Positions 38,875 to 48,576 are shown, counted from the stretch's first letter. The stretch is 64,000 nt of DNA from an uncultured Clostridia bacterium (GCA_937896905.1 CALBOE010000002.1:56954-120953); one strand, 5' to 3'. Made by a program: numbers and translations. The notes: generated by a model not told the origin, from the letters alone.

Positions 38875-40398
38875 ATGAATGATAAACTATTAATACTAGA
38901 TAAACTTTTCGATGGGCTAAAATTTAAAGATGCGGTTTATAGCGAAAAATCTGGCGTTTGCACGGTTAATTTTCTATATAATCCAATGTCATTTAAACCC
39001 GAAGAGGATAATAAAGAAAAAATTTTTAAAACGCTAAATGAAGTTATTGGAAACTTTGTTAAATACGACTTAAAGTTTACAAGTTGCCCGTTAGATAAGC
39101 GAACGATTTCTAATTATATTTACACAACCGTTGCCAACAATTTCCCGGCAATTTCTAAAGATTTTACTTATGAGGACATTTCTGTTGAAATTGACCACTT
39201 GTTAGTTAACACAACCTTAAAATTGGCACCGTCGGCTTATGAATATGCCAGCGAGTTTAACCGCGAGGAGTTTATTGCGGAAAAATTAAAAGAAAGTTTT
39301 TACTCGGATTTTATAGTAAAATTTGAAAAAAAAGACATGCCTGCACAAACAAACACAAGTTTTATTGAAAGCAACATGGAGTTTATGCAAAGCATTAAGC
39401 AGGCAGAACAAAAAACAGTTTTCACTTTAACCAACATTGCTGATATTATTGGCAAAACAGAGGGAAGTGTGGCAACCGATTTTAGCAAGGTTACAGCTCC
39501 AGTTGAAAACGTTCTTATATGTGGCGAAGTGGTTTCTAACCAACGCAAAAGTTACAAGAGAAAATACACTAAAAACGGGGTGGAAACAGAAATTGAAAAG
39601 GCGTTTTATAATTTTGCCATTAGGTGCGAAAATAAAACGATGTATTGTTCAATTTTCCCACGTCAGGCAGACGAGGTTAAAGGCGACATTATAGAACCAG
39701 GAATGAAAGTTTGCTGTTATGGCTCATTTAGAGAATTTAATGGCAAATTAAATTTTACAGCCAACACCATTGCAAGATGCGAATTCACTAAGGAAGAAAT
39801 TAAAAGCAAATCCAAAGGGGTTAATGACAATTATCACACCGTATTCCCCAAAGAATATATCGATTACGAACAAAAAGGATTGTTTGACGAAGACGATAAA
39901 ACCTTTCCTGGAACTTATGTTGTGTTCGACCTTGAAACTACGGGTTTAGAAAGTGCAAAAGACGAAATTATTGAAATTGGTGCGTGCAAAGTTGTAGAAG
40001 GGCAAATAACAGAAGTGTTTTCAACCTTTGTTAAGCCTTCTAAGCCTATACCTAAAGAAATCACCAACTTAACAGGAATAACTGACGACATGGTTAAAGA
40101 TGCTCCAAGCATAAACTATGTTATGCCAGATTTCTATAAATTCTGCTATGGTTCAACTTTGGTTGCGCACAATATTTCGTTCGACATAGGGTTTGTGTAT
40201 GCCGCAGCAAAGAAATTATCCTATAATTTCGATAATCCGCTTAAAGACACCATTGAAATGGCAAGGCAAACGCTTCCTGGTTTAAAGAACTATAAACTTG
40301 GAACAGTTATAGAGCGCTTAAACATTGTGCTTGAAAATGCACACAGAGCGGTTAACGACGCTACAGCGACAGCAAAAGTGTTTGTTAAATTAATGTAG
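38875..40398 (+). CDS. PolC-like N-terminal/OB-fold plus DEDDh 3'-5' exonuclease protein, without PHP or polymerase domains
   Basis: ExoI FDLETTGL, ExoII VAHNISFDIGF, ExoIII HRAVNDATA. OB-like segment ICGEVV...PGMKVCCYGSFREFNGKLNF. Sits at the position polC occupies in Bacillus-type synteny. Confidence 0.8.
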   Translation: MNDKLLILDKLFDGLKFKDAVYSEKSGVCTVNFLYNPMSFKPEEDNKEKIFKTLNEVIGNFVKYDLKFTSCPLDKRTISNYIYTTVANNFPAISKDFTYEDISVEIDHLLVNTTLKLAPSAYEYASEFNREEFIAEKLKESFYSDFIVKFEKKDMPAQTNTSFIESNMEFMQSIKQAEQKTVFTLTNIADIIGKTEGSVATDFSKVTAPVENVLICGEVVSNQRKSYKRKYTKNGVETEIEKAFYNFAIRCENKTMYCSIFPRQADEVKGDIIEPGMKVCCYGSFREFNGKLNFTANTIARCEFTKEEIKSKSKGVNDNYHTVFPKEYIDYEQKGLFDEDDKTFPGTYVVFDLETTGLESAKDEIIEIGACKVVEGQITEVFSTFVKPSKPIPKEITNLTGITDDMVKDAPSINYVMPDFYKFCYGSTLVAHNISFDIGFVYAAAKKLSYNFDNPLKDTIEMARQTLPGLKNYKLGTVIERLNIVLENAHRAVNDATATAKVFVKLM

Positions 40399-40416
40399 AA
40401 AATTTATTTAAAACCC

Positions 40417-40445
40417 TTGATTTATTTATTCTTGTGTGGTACAAT
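40417..40445 (+). promoter_or_regulatory. SigA-type promoter of the rimP-nusA-infB operon
   Basis: TTGATT, 17 bp containing TGg, TACAAT. Confidence 0.6.
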
Positions 40446-40456
40446 AAAGTAACGGA

Positions 40457-40491
40457 TTAGGAGTGGCAGAGCCACTCCTAACTTAGTTTTT
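40457..40491 (+). promoter_or_regulatory. Leader hairpin, candidate weak (NusA-sensitive?) attenuator
   Basis: TTAGGAGTGG-cagag-CCACTCCTAA, then cttagTTTTT, immediately before the AGGAG RBS of rimP. Confidence 0.35.
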
Positions 40492-40500
40492 AGGAGAAAT

Positions 40501-40953
40501 ATGAAAATTGCAGATTTAGTTTTTGAAAGCATTTCACCATTATTTAAAGGCGAGATTCGCTTGGTGGAAGTGGAATATTTAAAAAAGGTAGATGGTATGC
40601 ACTTGGTGGTGTATATCGACAAGGCAAATGGCATAACACTAGACGACTGTGTTTCTGTTAGCCGCATGCTAGACACTGTTTTAGACGACCTTAACCCAAC
40701 CAACGACGAAACATATGCTTTAGATGTTTCGAGTTACGGATTAGATAAACCACTTAAATTCGATTGGCAATTTAAAAAATACTTAAATCAGAAAGTTCAA
40801 GTTAAGCTGTATCGTAAATTAAACGATAGAAAAGAGTTTGTGGCAACCTTGCTTGCAAGAGATGAACAAAGCACTCAATTTAATTTGGAAAACGAAAATA
40901 TCACAATACAGAATGCGGACATTGCGCATATTACACCATATATAGAGTTTTAA
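40501..40953 (+). CDS. rimP: Ribosome maturation factor RimP
   Basis: Family-typical size and position upstream of nusA. Contains LVEVEYLKKVDGMHLVVYIDK. Confidence 0.9.
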   Translation: MKIADLVFESISPLFKGEIRLVEVEYLKKVDGMHLVVYIDKANGITLDDCVSVSRMLDTVLDDLNPTNDETYALDVSSYGLDKPLKFDWQFKKYLNQKVQVKLYRKLNDRKEFVATLLARDEQSTQFNLENENITIQNADIAHITPYIEF

Positions 40954-40962
40954 GGAGAAATT

Positions 40963-42090
40963 ATGATAAATAAAGATTTTTTTGAAGCATTAAAGGATTT
41001 AGAGGCAGAAAGAGGAATTGACGAAGGAACATTTGTTGCGGCACTAGAACAAGCATTAACAGCAGCATATAAGAAAGTTTACGGAATGGCAAAAAATGCG
41101 CAAGTTAAACTAAGCCCAGAAAAACACACCATTAAGGTTTATTCTTATCGCACAGTTGTTGAAACCGTTGAAGATGAAGAAAAAGAAATTTCATTAGAAG
41201 AAGCTAAACAAATTAAACGTAGTTACAAACTTGGCGATATGGTTATGAACGAAGAAACCACAAAGGACTTTAACAGAATTGCAGTTCAAACCGCAAAACA
41301 AGTTATAACACAAAAAATTAAAGAAATTGAAAAACAATCCATTTATAAGGACATTGCAGAAAAAGAGGGCAAATTGATTGTTGCAAATGTTAAGCGTTTA
41401 GATTTAGACAATGTTTACCTAGAAATTGGTGGCACAACGCTTGAAGGATTGTTAACAAAACGAGATATGTTGCCAAACGACAATTTAAAACCTGGCGACC
41501 GTGTTAAGGTTTATGTTCGCCACATTAAAGACGATTTTAGAGGCGCGGTTGTTCAAGTTACAAGAACTCACCCAAATTTTGTTAAATTATTGCTAGAAAT
41601 GGAAGTTCCAGAATTAACAAATGGAGATGTTAAAATTGTTTCAATTTCTCGTGAGGCTGGTTTAAGAACTAAAATTGCTGTTTCCACAACAGTTCCAAAC
41701 CTAGATGCTGTTGGTGCGTGCATTGGAAACAAGGGGGCAAGAATTAATTCGGTTATTAACGAACTTAAAGGCGAAAAAATTGATATTGTTAATCACAGCG
41801 AAAACCCAGCAGATTACATTGTTGCAGCGCTTAGCCCAGCAGAAGTTAGTGAAATTACAGTTGATACGGTTGCAGGAATTGCAAACGTTCTTGTTCCAGA
41901 AAACAAACTTTCGCTTGCAATTGGTAAGGGAGGACATAATGTTCGCCTTGCAGCAAAGTTAACCGGTTATAAAATTGATGTTAAAGCAAGCCAAGCGCAA
42001 GCGGCAGAGAAAAAGGTTAATGATGTTGTTAGCACAACTAGCGCAAGCATTATTTTAGATGACGACTTCTTTAACGATATAGATGAGTAG
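40963..42090 (+). CDS. nusA: Transcription termination/antitermination factor NusA
   Basis: N-terminal domain, S1 domain and two KH domains (GACIGNKGARINSV, LAIGKGGHNVRLAAKLTG). Confidence 0.95.
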   Translation: MINKDFFEALKDLEAERGIDEGTFVAALEQALTAAYKKVYGMAKNAQVKLSPEKHTIKVYSYRTVVETVEDEEKEISLEEAKQIKRSYKLGDMVMNEETTKDFNRIAVQTAKQVITQKIKEIEKQSIYKDIAEKEGKLIVANVKRLDLDNVYLEIGGTTLEGLLTKRDMLPNDNLKPGDRVKVYVRHIKDDFRGAVVQVTRTHPNFVKLLLEMEVPELTNGDVKIVSISREAGLRTKIAVSTTVPNLDAVGACIGNKGARINSVINELKGEKIDIVNHSENPADYIVAALSPAEVSEITVDTVAGIANVLVPENKLSLAIGKGGHNVRLAAKLTGYKIDVKASQAQAAEKKVNDVVSTTSASIILDDDFFNDIDE

Positions 42091-42095
42091 GTGTT

Positions 42096-42353
42096 ATGCA
42101 CACAAAATTTGAACGCAGATGTGTTGCTTGCAGAGCAAACAAACAGCAAAATGAAATGCTACGAATTGCAAAGCTAGAAAATGAGTTTTTAATAGATTTA
42201 ACACACAAAATTGGCGGTCGTGGTGCATATATTTGTAAAGACAAGGCGTGTTTAGCACAAACCATAAAAAAGCGATTACTAAATAAAGCCTTTAAAATGA
42301 ATGTTGGTGAAAACATTTATAGCAGGTTGGTGGAATATGAACAAAATAGTTAG
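42096..42353 (+). CDS. ylxR: YlxR (DUF448) RNA-binding protein
   Basis: RRCVACRANK...GRGAYIC motif. Conserved position after nusA. Confidence 0.85.
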   Translation: MHTKFERRCVACRANKQQNEMLRIAKLENEFLIDLTHKIGGRGAYICKDKACLAQTIKKRLLNKAFKMNVGENIYSRLVEYEQNS

Positions 42354-42627
42354 TTATTTGGGCTTTGCCATAAAAGCGAACAAAATAGTTGTAGGTCAAT
42401 CTGCAATTAAGCGCACATTAAAACAACTGCATTTAATTATGGTTTGTTCAACGGCAAGTCAAAATTTAAAGGATCTTGCAAAAAATGTTGCAGCAAAACA
42501 AAAATGTGCTTGCATAGAAAGCCAGCAACAGTTAGACAGTTTAACACACCTTGAAAACATTAAAATTCTTGCTTTAACCGACGAAAGTTTAAGTAAAGCA
42601 ATAATAAATGAATATTCATTAAAATAA
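42337..42627 (+). CDS. ylxQ: L7Ae-family protein YlxQ
   Basis: Start trimmed to MNKIVSYLGFAIKANKIVVG. Conserved position between ylxR and infB. Confidence 0.75.
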   Translation: MNKIVSYLGFAIKANKIVVGQSAIKRTLKQLHLIMVCSTASQNLKDLAKNVAAKQKCACIESQQQLDSLTHLENIKILALTDESLSKAIINEYSLK

Positions 42628-42651
42628 ACCCAGAGTAAGGAGAATTTTATC

Positions 42652-45243
42652 TTGGCAAACGAAATAAAAAATCAAGAATTTAATAAGGCAATTAAACAGT
42701 TGCAAGCAATGGTAAAGGACAAACTGTTCATTTCCCTTGCAGAAAAGGTTTATAACCTTAAAAATGAAATGAGCAGTTTAACACGTGCGGTTAAGGAAAA
42801 GGAAAGCCAAATTATGCTTAGCCAAGCACAAAAACTTGCAGAAAAACCAGAGGTTAAGAAGGAAGAATTGCCTTCTGTTGTTTCAGTGCCAAACGAAACT
42901 CCTATTAATCTTGCCGTTGAACAAAAGCCTCAACAACCAGCTCAAAACAGACCTCAAAACGGCAAAAATCAAGGGCAAAATGCTAATTTCCGCAATCAAA
43001 ATGGGGAGGGCAGAAGCCAAAACAATCAAAACCGCCCATACAATTCTAAATATCCAAATAATAATCGTCAGGGAGGATTTAATAATCAAAGTAACTACAA
43101 TAATGGACAAAGAAAGCCATATCAGCAAAACGATCAAGCGAATGGGCAAAACAGATATCAACAAAATGGTCAAAATCGTCCATTTAACAATAATTATAAA
43201 CCAAATCAAGCAAATGTCAAACCCGGTGTTCGCCCAGCAATGAGTAAGGAAGCAACTAAGCGACCATCAATTAACTATGCTCAACCAATTATAACTGCAA
43301 GTCCAACACGTAATTTTGGAAATAAAAAGAAAACTGGCGAACATTTTGAAGAGAAGAAGGGCTATTCCAAGCGTGACTTATTAAAGAGAGGAATGATAAC
43401 AGAGGGTGGCGAAGAAGATAGAATTATCAATCGCAAACTTCGCTCTAAAAAGAAAGATAACGCTCCTGTGGTTGTTGAAAAACCACAAGGCCCAGCAGTT
43501 ATTACCACCGAAAACATAACAATTAAATTACTTTCAGAAATAACGGGCAGACCTGTTAGTGAAATTATTAAAAAGTTTATGCTATTAGGTATGATGGTTA
43601 CAATTAACTCGGCGGTAGATTTCACCACGGCTGAACTTATTTTGGCAGAAATGGGCATTGAACTTGTGCAGAAATTAGACAAAACCAGTGAAGAAAAATT
43701 GCAAGAAGTTCAAAACACTATTCGTTCTTATAACGAGGCAGAAGCTATAACCCGTTCGCCAATTGTAACTGTTATGGGGCACGTAGACCATGGTAAAACA
43801 AGTTTGTTAGACTACATTAGAAAAACCAAAGTAACCTTGGGCGAAGCGGGCGGAATTACACAAGCCATTGGTGCTTACAGAGTTAATGTAGATAATAAAT
43901 ACATTACATTTATTGATACTCCTGGACACGAAGCATTTACAGCAATGCGTGCAAGGGGCGCAAGCGTTACCGATATTGCAATTTTAATTGTGGCAGCAGA
44001 CGATGGAATTATGCCGCAAACTGTTGAAGCAATAAGCCACATTAAATCTGCAAACATTCCTATGATTGTTGCAATTAATAAAATGGATAAATTTAATGCA
44101 GATCCAGATAGAATTATGCAACAACTTGCAGAACACAATGTTCTTCCTGAAGCGTGGGGTGGCGATGCAATTATATGTAAAATTTCTGCACACACAGGCG
44201 AAGGCATTGATAAACTTTTAGAAACTATCCTTTTAGTTGCAGATATGCAAGACCTTAAAGCAAATCCAGATGTTCCAGCAATGGGAACGATTATGGAGGC
44301 CAAGTTGGATAAGGGCCGTGGTGCGATTGCCTCACTTATTGTTAGCGATGGTTCATTACACATTGGCGATACCATTATTTCAGGCACAAGCATATGCAAA
44401 GTTAAAGCAATGATAGACGAAAACAACCGCCCACTTAAAGTTGCAACACCGTCAATGCCTGTTACAGTTTTAGGATTTAACGAAGTTCCAAGTGCTGGCG
44501 AAACCTTCACCGTGGTAGATGAAAAACTTTCTAAACAAATTGTTGAAGAAAGAAAAGCAAAAATTAAAGAAAACTTAATTAAAGGCAGTGGCGGAAGCAC
44601 TCTTGAAGATTTATTGCAAAAATCTAGTGAAAAAGATAAGAAGATTCTTAATATTGTGCTTAAAACAGACGTTAATGGCTCGTTAGAGGCACTAAAATCT
44701 TCAATAATGAAGCTTGTTAATGAAGAAGTTGCAATTAACATTCTTCACAGCGGAGTGGGAGCAATTAACGAAAGCGACCTTATTCTTGCAAACGCATCAA
44801 ATGCAATGATGCTTGCATTTAACGTTAGCCAAGATAGCAAAGTTAAAACTCTTGCAGAAAGAATGAAAATTAAAATCTATTCTTATAAAATTATTTACGA
44901 ACTTTTAGACGAAATTGAAAGAGTTGTTAAAGGTATGAAAGAACCTAAATATGAAGAAGTGTATTTAGGAAGAGCTCAAGTTATGATGGTATTTAAACTA
45001 TCTAATGCGGGCATTGTTGCTGGTTCTATGGTTATGGACGGCAAAATTGTGCGCGGAGAACACGCAAAAATTTATCGTGGCGAGGAACTTGTTGCAACAA
45101 CCGAAATTAAATCTTTAAAAATTGTTAAAGATGACGTTAAAGAAGCTGGCAAGGATAGAGAATGTGGAATTAAAACCACCTTTGACGAAATTGCTGTTGG
45201 CGACAGAATTGAATGTTACACGCTAAAAAGGATTGAAGAATAA
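42652..45243 (+). CDS. infB: Translation initiation factor IF-2
   Basis: TTG start 9 nt after the AAGGAG RBS. GHVDHGKTSLLD, DTPGHEAF and NKMD motifs. N-terminal Q/N-rich low-complexity region. Confidence 0.95.
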   Translation: MANEIKNQEFNKAIKQLQAMVKDKLFISLAEKVYNLKNEMSSLTRAVKEKESQIMLSQAQKLAEKPEVKKEELPSVVSVPNETPINLAVEQKPQQPAQNRPQNGKNQGQNANFRNQNGEGRSQNNQNRPYNSKYPNNNRQGGFNNQSNYNNGQRKPYQQNDQANGQNRYQQNGQNRPFNNNYKPNQANVKPGVRPAMSKEATKRPSINYAQPIITASPTRNFGNKKKTGEHFEEKKGYSKRDLLKRGMITEGGEEDRIINRKLRSKKKDNAPVVVEKPQGPAVITTENITIKLLSEITGRPVSEIIKKFMLLGMMVTINSAVDFTTAELILAEMGIELVQKLDKTSEEKLQEVQNTIRSYNEAEAITRSPIVTVMGHVDHGKTSLLDYIRKTKVTLGEAGGITQAIGAYRVNVDNKYITFIDTPGHEAFTAMRARGASVTDIAILIVAADDGIMPQTVEAISHIKSANIPMIVAINKMDKFNADPDRIMQQLAEHNVLPEAWGGDAIICKISAHTGEGIDKLLETILLVADMQDLKANPDVPAMGTIMEAKLDKGRGAIASLIVSDGSLHIGDTIISGTSICKVKAMIDENNRPLKVATPSMPVTVLGFNEVPSAGETFTVVDEKLSKQIVEERKAKIKENLIKGSGGSTLEDLLQKSSEKDKKILNIVLKTDVNGSLEALKSSIMKLVNEEVAINILHSGVGAINESDLILANASNAMMLAFNVSQDSKVKTLAERMKIKIYSYKIIYELLDEIERVVKGMKEPKYEEVYLGRAQVMMVFKLSNAGIVAGSMVMDGKIVRGEHAKIYRGEELVATTEIKSLKIVKDDVKEAGKDRECGIKTTFDEIAVGDRIECYTLKRIEE

Positions 45244-45614
45244 TGAAAAGTGTAAGAATGGAAAGAATTAATAGTGAGCTTGCAAAAGTTATTTCATATG
45301 TTGTAGATCACGAACTTAGAGATCCACAAATAAACGCTATGGTTAGTGTGTGTGGTGTTGAAGTTACACCAGATTTGGGTTATGCGCGCGTTTATATAAC
45401 ATCTATGGGTACAACGCCGCCAGAAGAAGTTTTGGCAAGAATTAAGGGTGCTGGTGGGTTTATTAGGCGAGAAGTTTCGCAAAGAATTAAGTTGCGTGCC
45501 ACACCAAGATTGGAGTTTATGCTAGATACAAGCAGCGCTTATTCTGCTCAAATAGATAGCGTTTTAAAAACCATAACTTATGCTACACAGCCAGACGAGG
45601 AAAGCGATGCTTAA
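45243..45614 (+). CDS. rbfA: Ribosome-binding factor A
   Basis: RINSELAKVISYVV..ELRDP and VEVTPDLGYARVY. Confidence 0.9.
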   Translation: MKSVRMERINSELAKVISYVVDHELRDPQINAMVSVCGVEVTPDLGYARVYITSMGTTPPEEVLARIKGAGGFIRREVSQRIKLRATPRLEFMLDTSSAYSAQIDSVLKTITYATQPDEESDA

Positions 45615-46455
45615 AGGAGTGTTGCCAATAAATAAGCCGGCAGGTTGGACTAGTTTTGATGTCGTTAACAAGGTTAAACACACATTAAAGATGCAAAAAG
45701 TGGGGCATTTGGGAACGTTAGACCCAATGGCAACAGGTGTTTTGCTCGTAACTTTAGGCAAGGCAACAAAGCTGTTCGACATAATGCAAGAAAAAACTAA
45801 AACCTACGTTGCAACATTCGAGTTTGGAAAAACAACAAACACTTTAGATGCTACAGGTGAAGTAACTGAAACAAGCAGCATAGTTCCCACCAAAGAACAA
45901 ATAGAGCAGATTTTGCCAAAATTTATTGGGGAAATTGAACAAATTCCACCCAAATATAGTGCAAAAAGTATTAATGGAAAACGTGCTTACGATTTGGCAC
46001 GAGAGAATAAAGAATTTGAACTTAAGCCAAGCAAAGTCAATATTAACGAAATTCAATTAATTTCTTATGAAAATGGCATTTTAACATTAACAATTAACTG
46101 TGGCAGTGGAACATATATTCGTTCCATTGGTAGGGATTTAGCCGCAGCGCTTAATACTGTTGCAGTTATGACAAGTTTGGTTAGAATTTCGGTTGGCAAC
46201 TTTAAATTAGAGAACTGCCACGACATAACAGAAATTTCAACTGAAAACATACAAGAAAAAGTTGTTATAATTAAAAATGTTTTAAATGTAAATGAAATTA
46301 AATTAAACGCAAACGAACAAGCAAAAATTTTAAATGGGCAAACCTTACAGATTAATGCAGAAGATGGAATTTATGCTTTAAATGACGAGTTCGACACGGT
46401 TGCGCTAATAAAAGTTTGTAAATTAAATGCCAAAATGTACCTTTTCTTAGGCTAA
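45607..46455 (+). CDS. truB: tRNA pseudouridine-55 synthase TruB
   Basis: Start trimmed to MLKGVLPINKPAGWTS. Catalytic Asp in GHLGTLDPMATGVL. Confidence 0.9.
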   Translation: MLKGVLPINKPAGWTSFDVVNKVKHTLKMQKVGHLGTLDPMATGVLLVTLGKATKLFDIMQEKTKTYVATFEFGKTTNTLDATGEVTETSSIVPTKEQIEQILPKFIGEIEQIPPKYSAKSINGKRAYDLARENKEFELKPSKVNINEIQLISYENGILTLTINCGSGTYIRSIGRDLAAALNTVAVMTSLVRISVGNFKLENCHDITEISTENIQEKVVIIKNVLNVNEIKLNANEQAKILNGQTLQINAEDGIYALNDEFDTVALIKVCKLNAKMYLFLG

Positions 46456-46459
46456 TAAG

Positions 46460-46488
46460 TTGGCAAAATATAAAAGTTATGATATAAT
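46460..46488 (+). promoter_or_regulatory. SigA-type promoter of efp
   Basis: TTGGCA, 17 bp containing TGa, TATAAT. Confidence 0.7.
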
Positions 46489-46511
46489 TATACAGTTAAG
46501 GAGAAAATTTT

Positions 46512-47090
46512 ATGATTCAAGCAGGAGATATTAGAAAGGGTGTTATTTTTGATGACGGCACATCAACCGACCCTAAAAAACCAAGTTTATTTTTGGTTGT
46601 AGATTTCCAACACGTTAAACCAGGAAAAGGCGCAGCGTTTGTTAGAACAACACTAAAAAGCGTTATAACAGGTAAAGTTATTGAACGTACCTACAATCCA
46701 AGTGAAAAAATTAACGACATTTCTATTGAAAGAAAGGAAATGATGTATCTTTACAATGAAGGTGGTTTGTACTACTTTATGGATAATGAAACCTACGACC
46801 AAATTCCTTTCAACTATGATAGCGTTAAAGACGCACTTAACTTTGTTGTGGAAAACACAAACTGCAACGTTCAGTTCTACAATGGTCAACCAATTAGCGT
46901 TGAACCACCAATCTTCGTGGAATTAACCATTGCAAAGGCAGAACCAGGCGTTAGGGGCGACACTGTTAAAACAGGTGGCAAACCAGCAACATTAGAAACA
47001 GGTTATGTTATTCAAGTTCCTTTATTTGTTAACGAAGGCGACCGTGTTCGTGTTGACACAAGAACAGGCGAATATATGGAAAGGTTATAA
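46512..47090 (+). CDS. efp: Elongation factor P
   Basis: [15 protein letters not shown] loop and three OB/KOW-like domains. AAGGAG RBS. Confidence 0.95.
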   Translation: MIQAGDIRKGVIFDDGTSTDPKKPSLFLVVDFQHVKPGKGAAFVRTTLKSVITGKVIERTYNPSEKINDISIERKEMMYLYNEGGLYYFMDNETYDQIPFNYDSVKDALNFVVENTNCNVQFYNGQPISVEPPIFVELTIAKAEPGVRGDTVKTGGKPATLETGYVIQVPLFVNEGDRVRVDTRTGEYMERL

Positions 47091-47115
47091 TATAGTTAGT
47101 AAAATAAAAGTCGAA

Positions 47116-47149
47116 AAAGCAGTACTCTTGAGGTATTGCTTTTTTTTTG
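47116..47149 (+). terminator. Intrinsic terminator after efp
   Basis: AAAGCAGTAC-tcttgag-GTATTGCTTT followed by a T-run. Confidence 0.8.
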
Positions 47150-47183
47150 TAATTTAAAAGAGTGTTAAATAATAATTTTTAAT

Positions 47184-48092
47184 ATGTTAAAGGATTATTT
47201 AGAAAGAGATATTTATAACGCAATTATTAAATCTTTTAGTTTTAGCAACATAACTGAAATTAGAATGAGAGCAAACGAAAACATTATAATTGTGGTTAAA
47301 AACAAGAAGTTTTATTTAATTGGGGAAGATGGTAATCCAATTAAAGCTAGCCGTATAACCATTGATAATTTTGTTAGAAGAATAAGTGAAAACTCGCTTT
47401 ATGCATTTAACGATAATATCATTAATGGATTTATAACTCTGCCACACGGCATAAGGGTGGGGCTTTGCGGAACAGTTGTTACAGATGGCAACAACACAGT
47501 TACCATGAAAGATTTTCAAGCAGTAAACATAAGAATTCCGCACTTTATCAAAAATTGCAGTGTTCCTTCGCTTGATTATTTAATTAACGGAGATGAAGTT
47601 GAAAACACCTTAATAATTTCGCCACCAGGGGCAGGGAAAACCACATTTATAAAAGATTTTGTTTATCAACTTAGTGAAAGAAAACTAAGCAAAAATGTGT
47701 TGTTGGTGGACGAACGAAGTGAAATTTGCTCGGTTATTGACGGCACGCCCGCAATTCCTTTGGGTGGCTTTTGTGATGTTATAACTAATTCTAGCAAGCA
47801 ATTTGCCTTTAATAACGCAATTAGAAGCATGCGGCCAGATATTATTGTAACAGACGAATTAGATTTAACACGTGACCTAAACAGCATTTTGCAAGCTATT
47901 AATTCTGGAGTTAAAGTGGTTGCCACAATTCATGCAAAAGATATCAACCAATTAAAGCGCAAACCATGTTTTGACCAAGTTTTAAATGAAAAGTATTTTT
48001 CCAGATTTGTTGTTTTGTCTAACGACGATGGCCCCGGCACGTTAAATTATATTTTCGACGACAAACTTAACTGTGTTTATTGCAGAGGTTAG
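47184..48092 (+). CDS. spoIIIAA: Stage III sporulation protein AA (ATPase)
   Basis: SPPGAGKTT Walker A, and VTDELD Walker B-like motif. First gene of an 8-gene spoIIIA-like operon. Confidence 0.85.
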   Translation: MLKDYLERDIYNAIIKSFSFSNITEIRMRANENIIIVVKNKKFYLIGEDGNPIKASRITIDNFVRRISENSLYAFNDNIINGFITLPHGIRVGLCGTVVTDGNNTVTMKDFQAVNIRIPHFIKNCSVPSLDYLINGDEVENTLIISPPGAGKTTFIKDFVYQLSERKLSKNVLLVDERSEICSVIDGTPAIPLGGFCDVITNSSKQFAFNNAIRSMRPDIIVTDELDLTRDLNSILQAINSGVKVVATIHAKDINQLKRKPCFDQVLNEKYFSRFVVLSNDDGPGTLNYIFDDKLNCVYCRG

Positions 48093-48093
48093 T

Positions 48094-48567
48094 ATGAAAA
48101 TAATGCTTATTTGCGTTTTAATTTGCGTGGTTATGTTAATTGCTTTTTCGCTTTCCAACCAGTATGGCGAGAAATTAGATTTTTACACAAACCTTAAACA
48201 AATGTTAGAGCAATATAAAATTAATGTGTCGTTTAAACAGGAAAAGATTAAAGAGTTTTTAGAGAACACAAAGGCAAAGAGGCAATTTAAGTTGTTTATT
48301 GAAGAATATAAAAACTTTTTAACAACAAACGAATTAAAATTAAATAAAATTGACGTTTTAGATTTAGACGAAAAACAGCAGCTGGAAACTATTGTTCGTT
48401 CGTTGGGTCAATATGACGTAAAAAATGAAATGGGGCAAATATCTTCATTTATTGCTCAAATTGAGGACAAACTAACCAAAGCCAAAGAAGAAAAAAACAA
48501 GTTTTGCCCACTAATAATAAAACTATCACTTTTGTTTGCGGTGGGATTAGGTATTTTATTAATTTAG
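48094..48567 (+). CDS. spoIIIAB: Stage III sporulation protein AB
   Basis: Start trimmed to MKIMLIC after the GAGG RBS. N- and C-terminal TM segments. Operon position. Confidence 0.7.
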   Translation: MKIMLICVLICVVMLIAFSLSNQYGEKLDFYTNLKQMLEQYKINVSFKQEKIKEFLENTKAKRQFKLFIEEYKNFLTTNELKLNKIDVLDLDEKQQLETIVRSLGQYDVKNEMGQISSFIAQIEDKLTKAKEEKNKFCPLIIKLSLLFAVGLGILLI

Positions 48568-48576
48568 GTGAGTTAT

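Noticed and set aside
42785-43243. Alternative-frame ORFs (152 aa on +, 108 aa on -) in the infB 5' region
   Set aside because: They are a by-product of the repetitive AAC/CAA-rich sequence that encodes the Q/N-rich IF2 segment. The IF2 frame continues into conserved domains.
43875-44741. 288-aa ORF on the minus strand inside infB
   Set aside because: It lies entirely antisense to the highly conserved IF2 GTPase region. It has no RBS or promoter and a low-complexity Ser/Ile/Leu composition, which is a typical shadow ORF.
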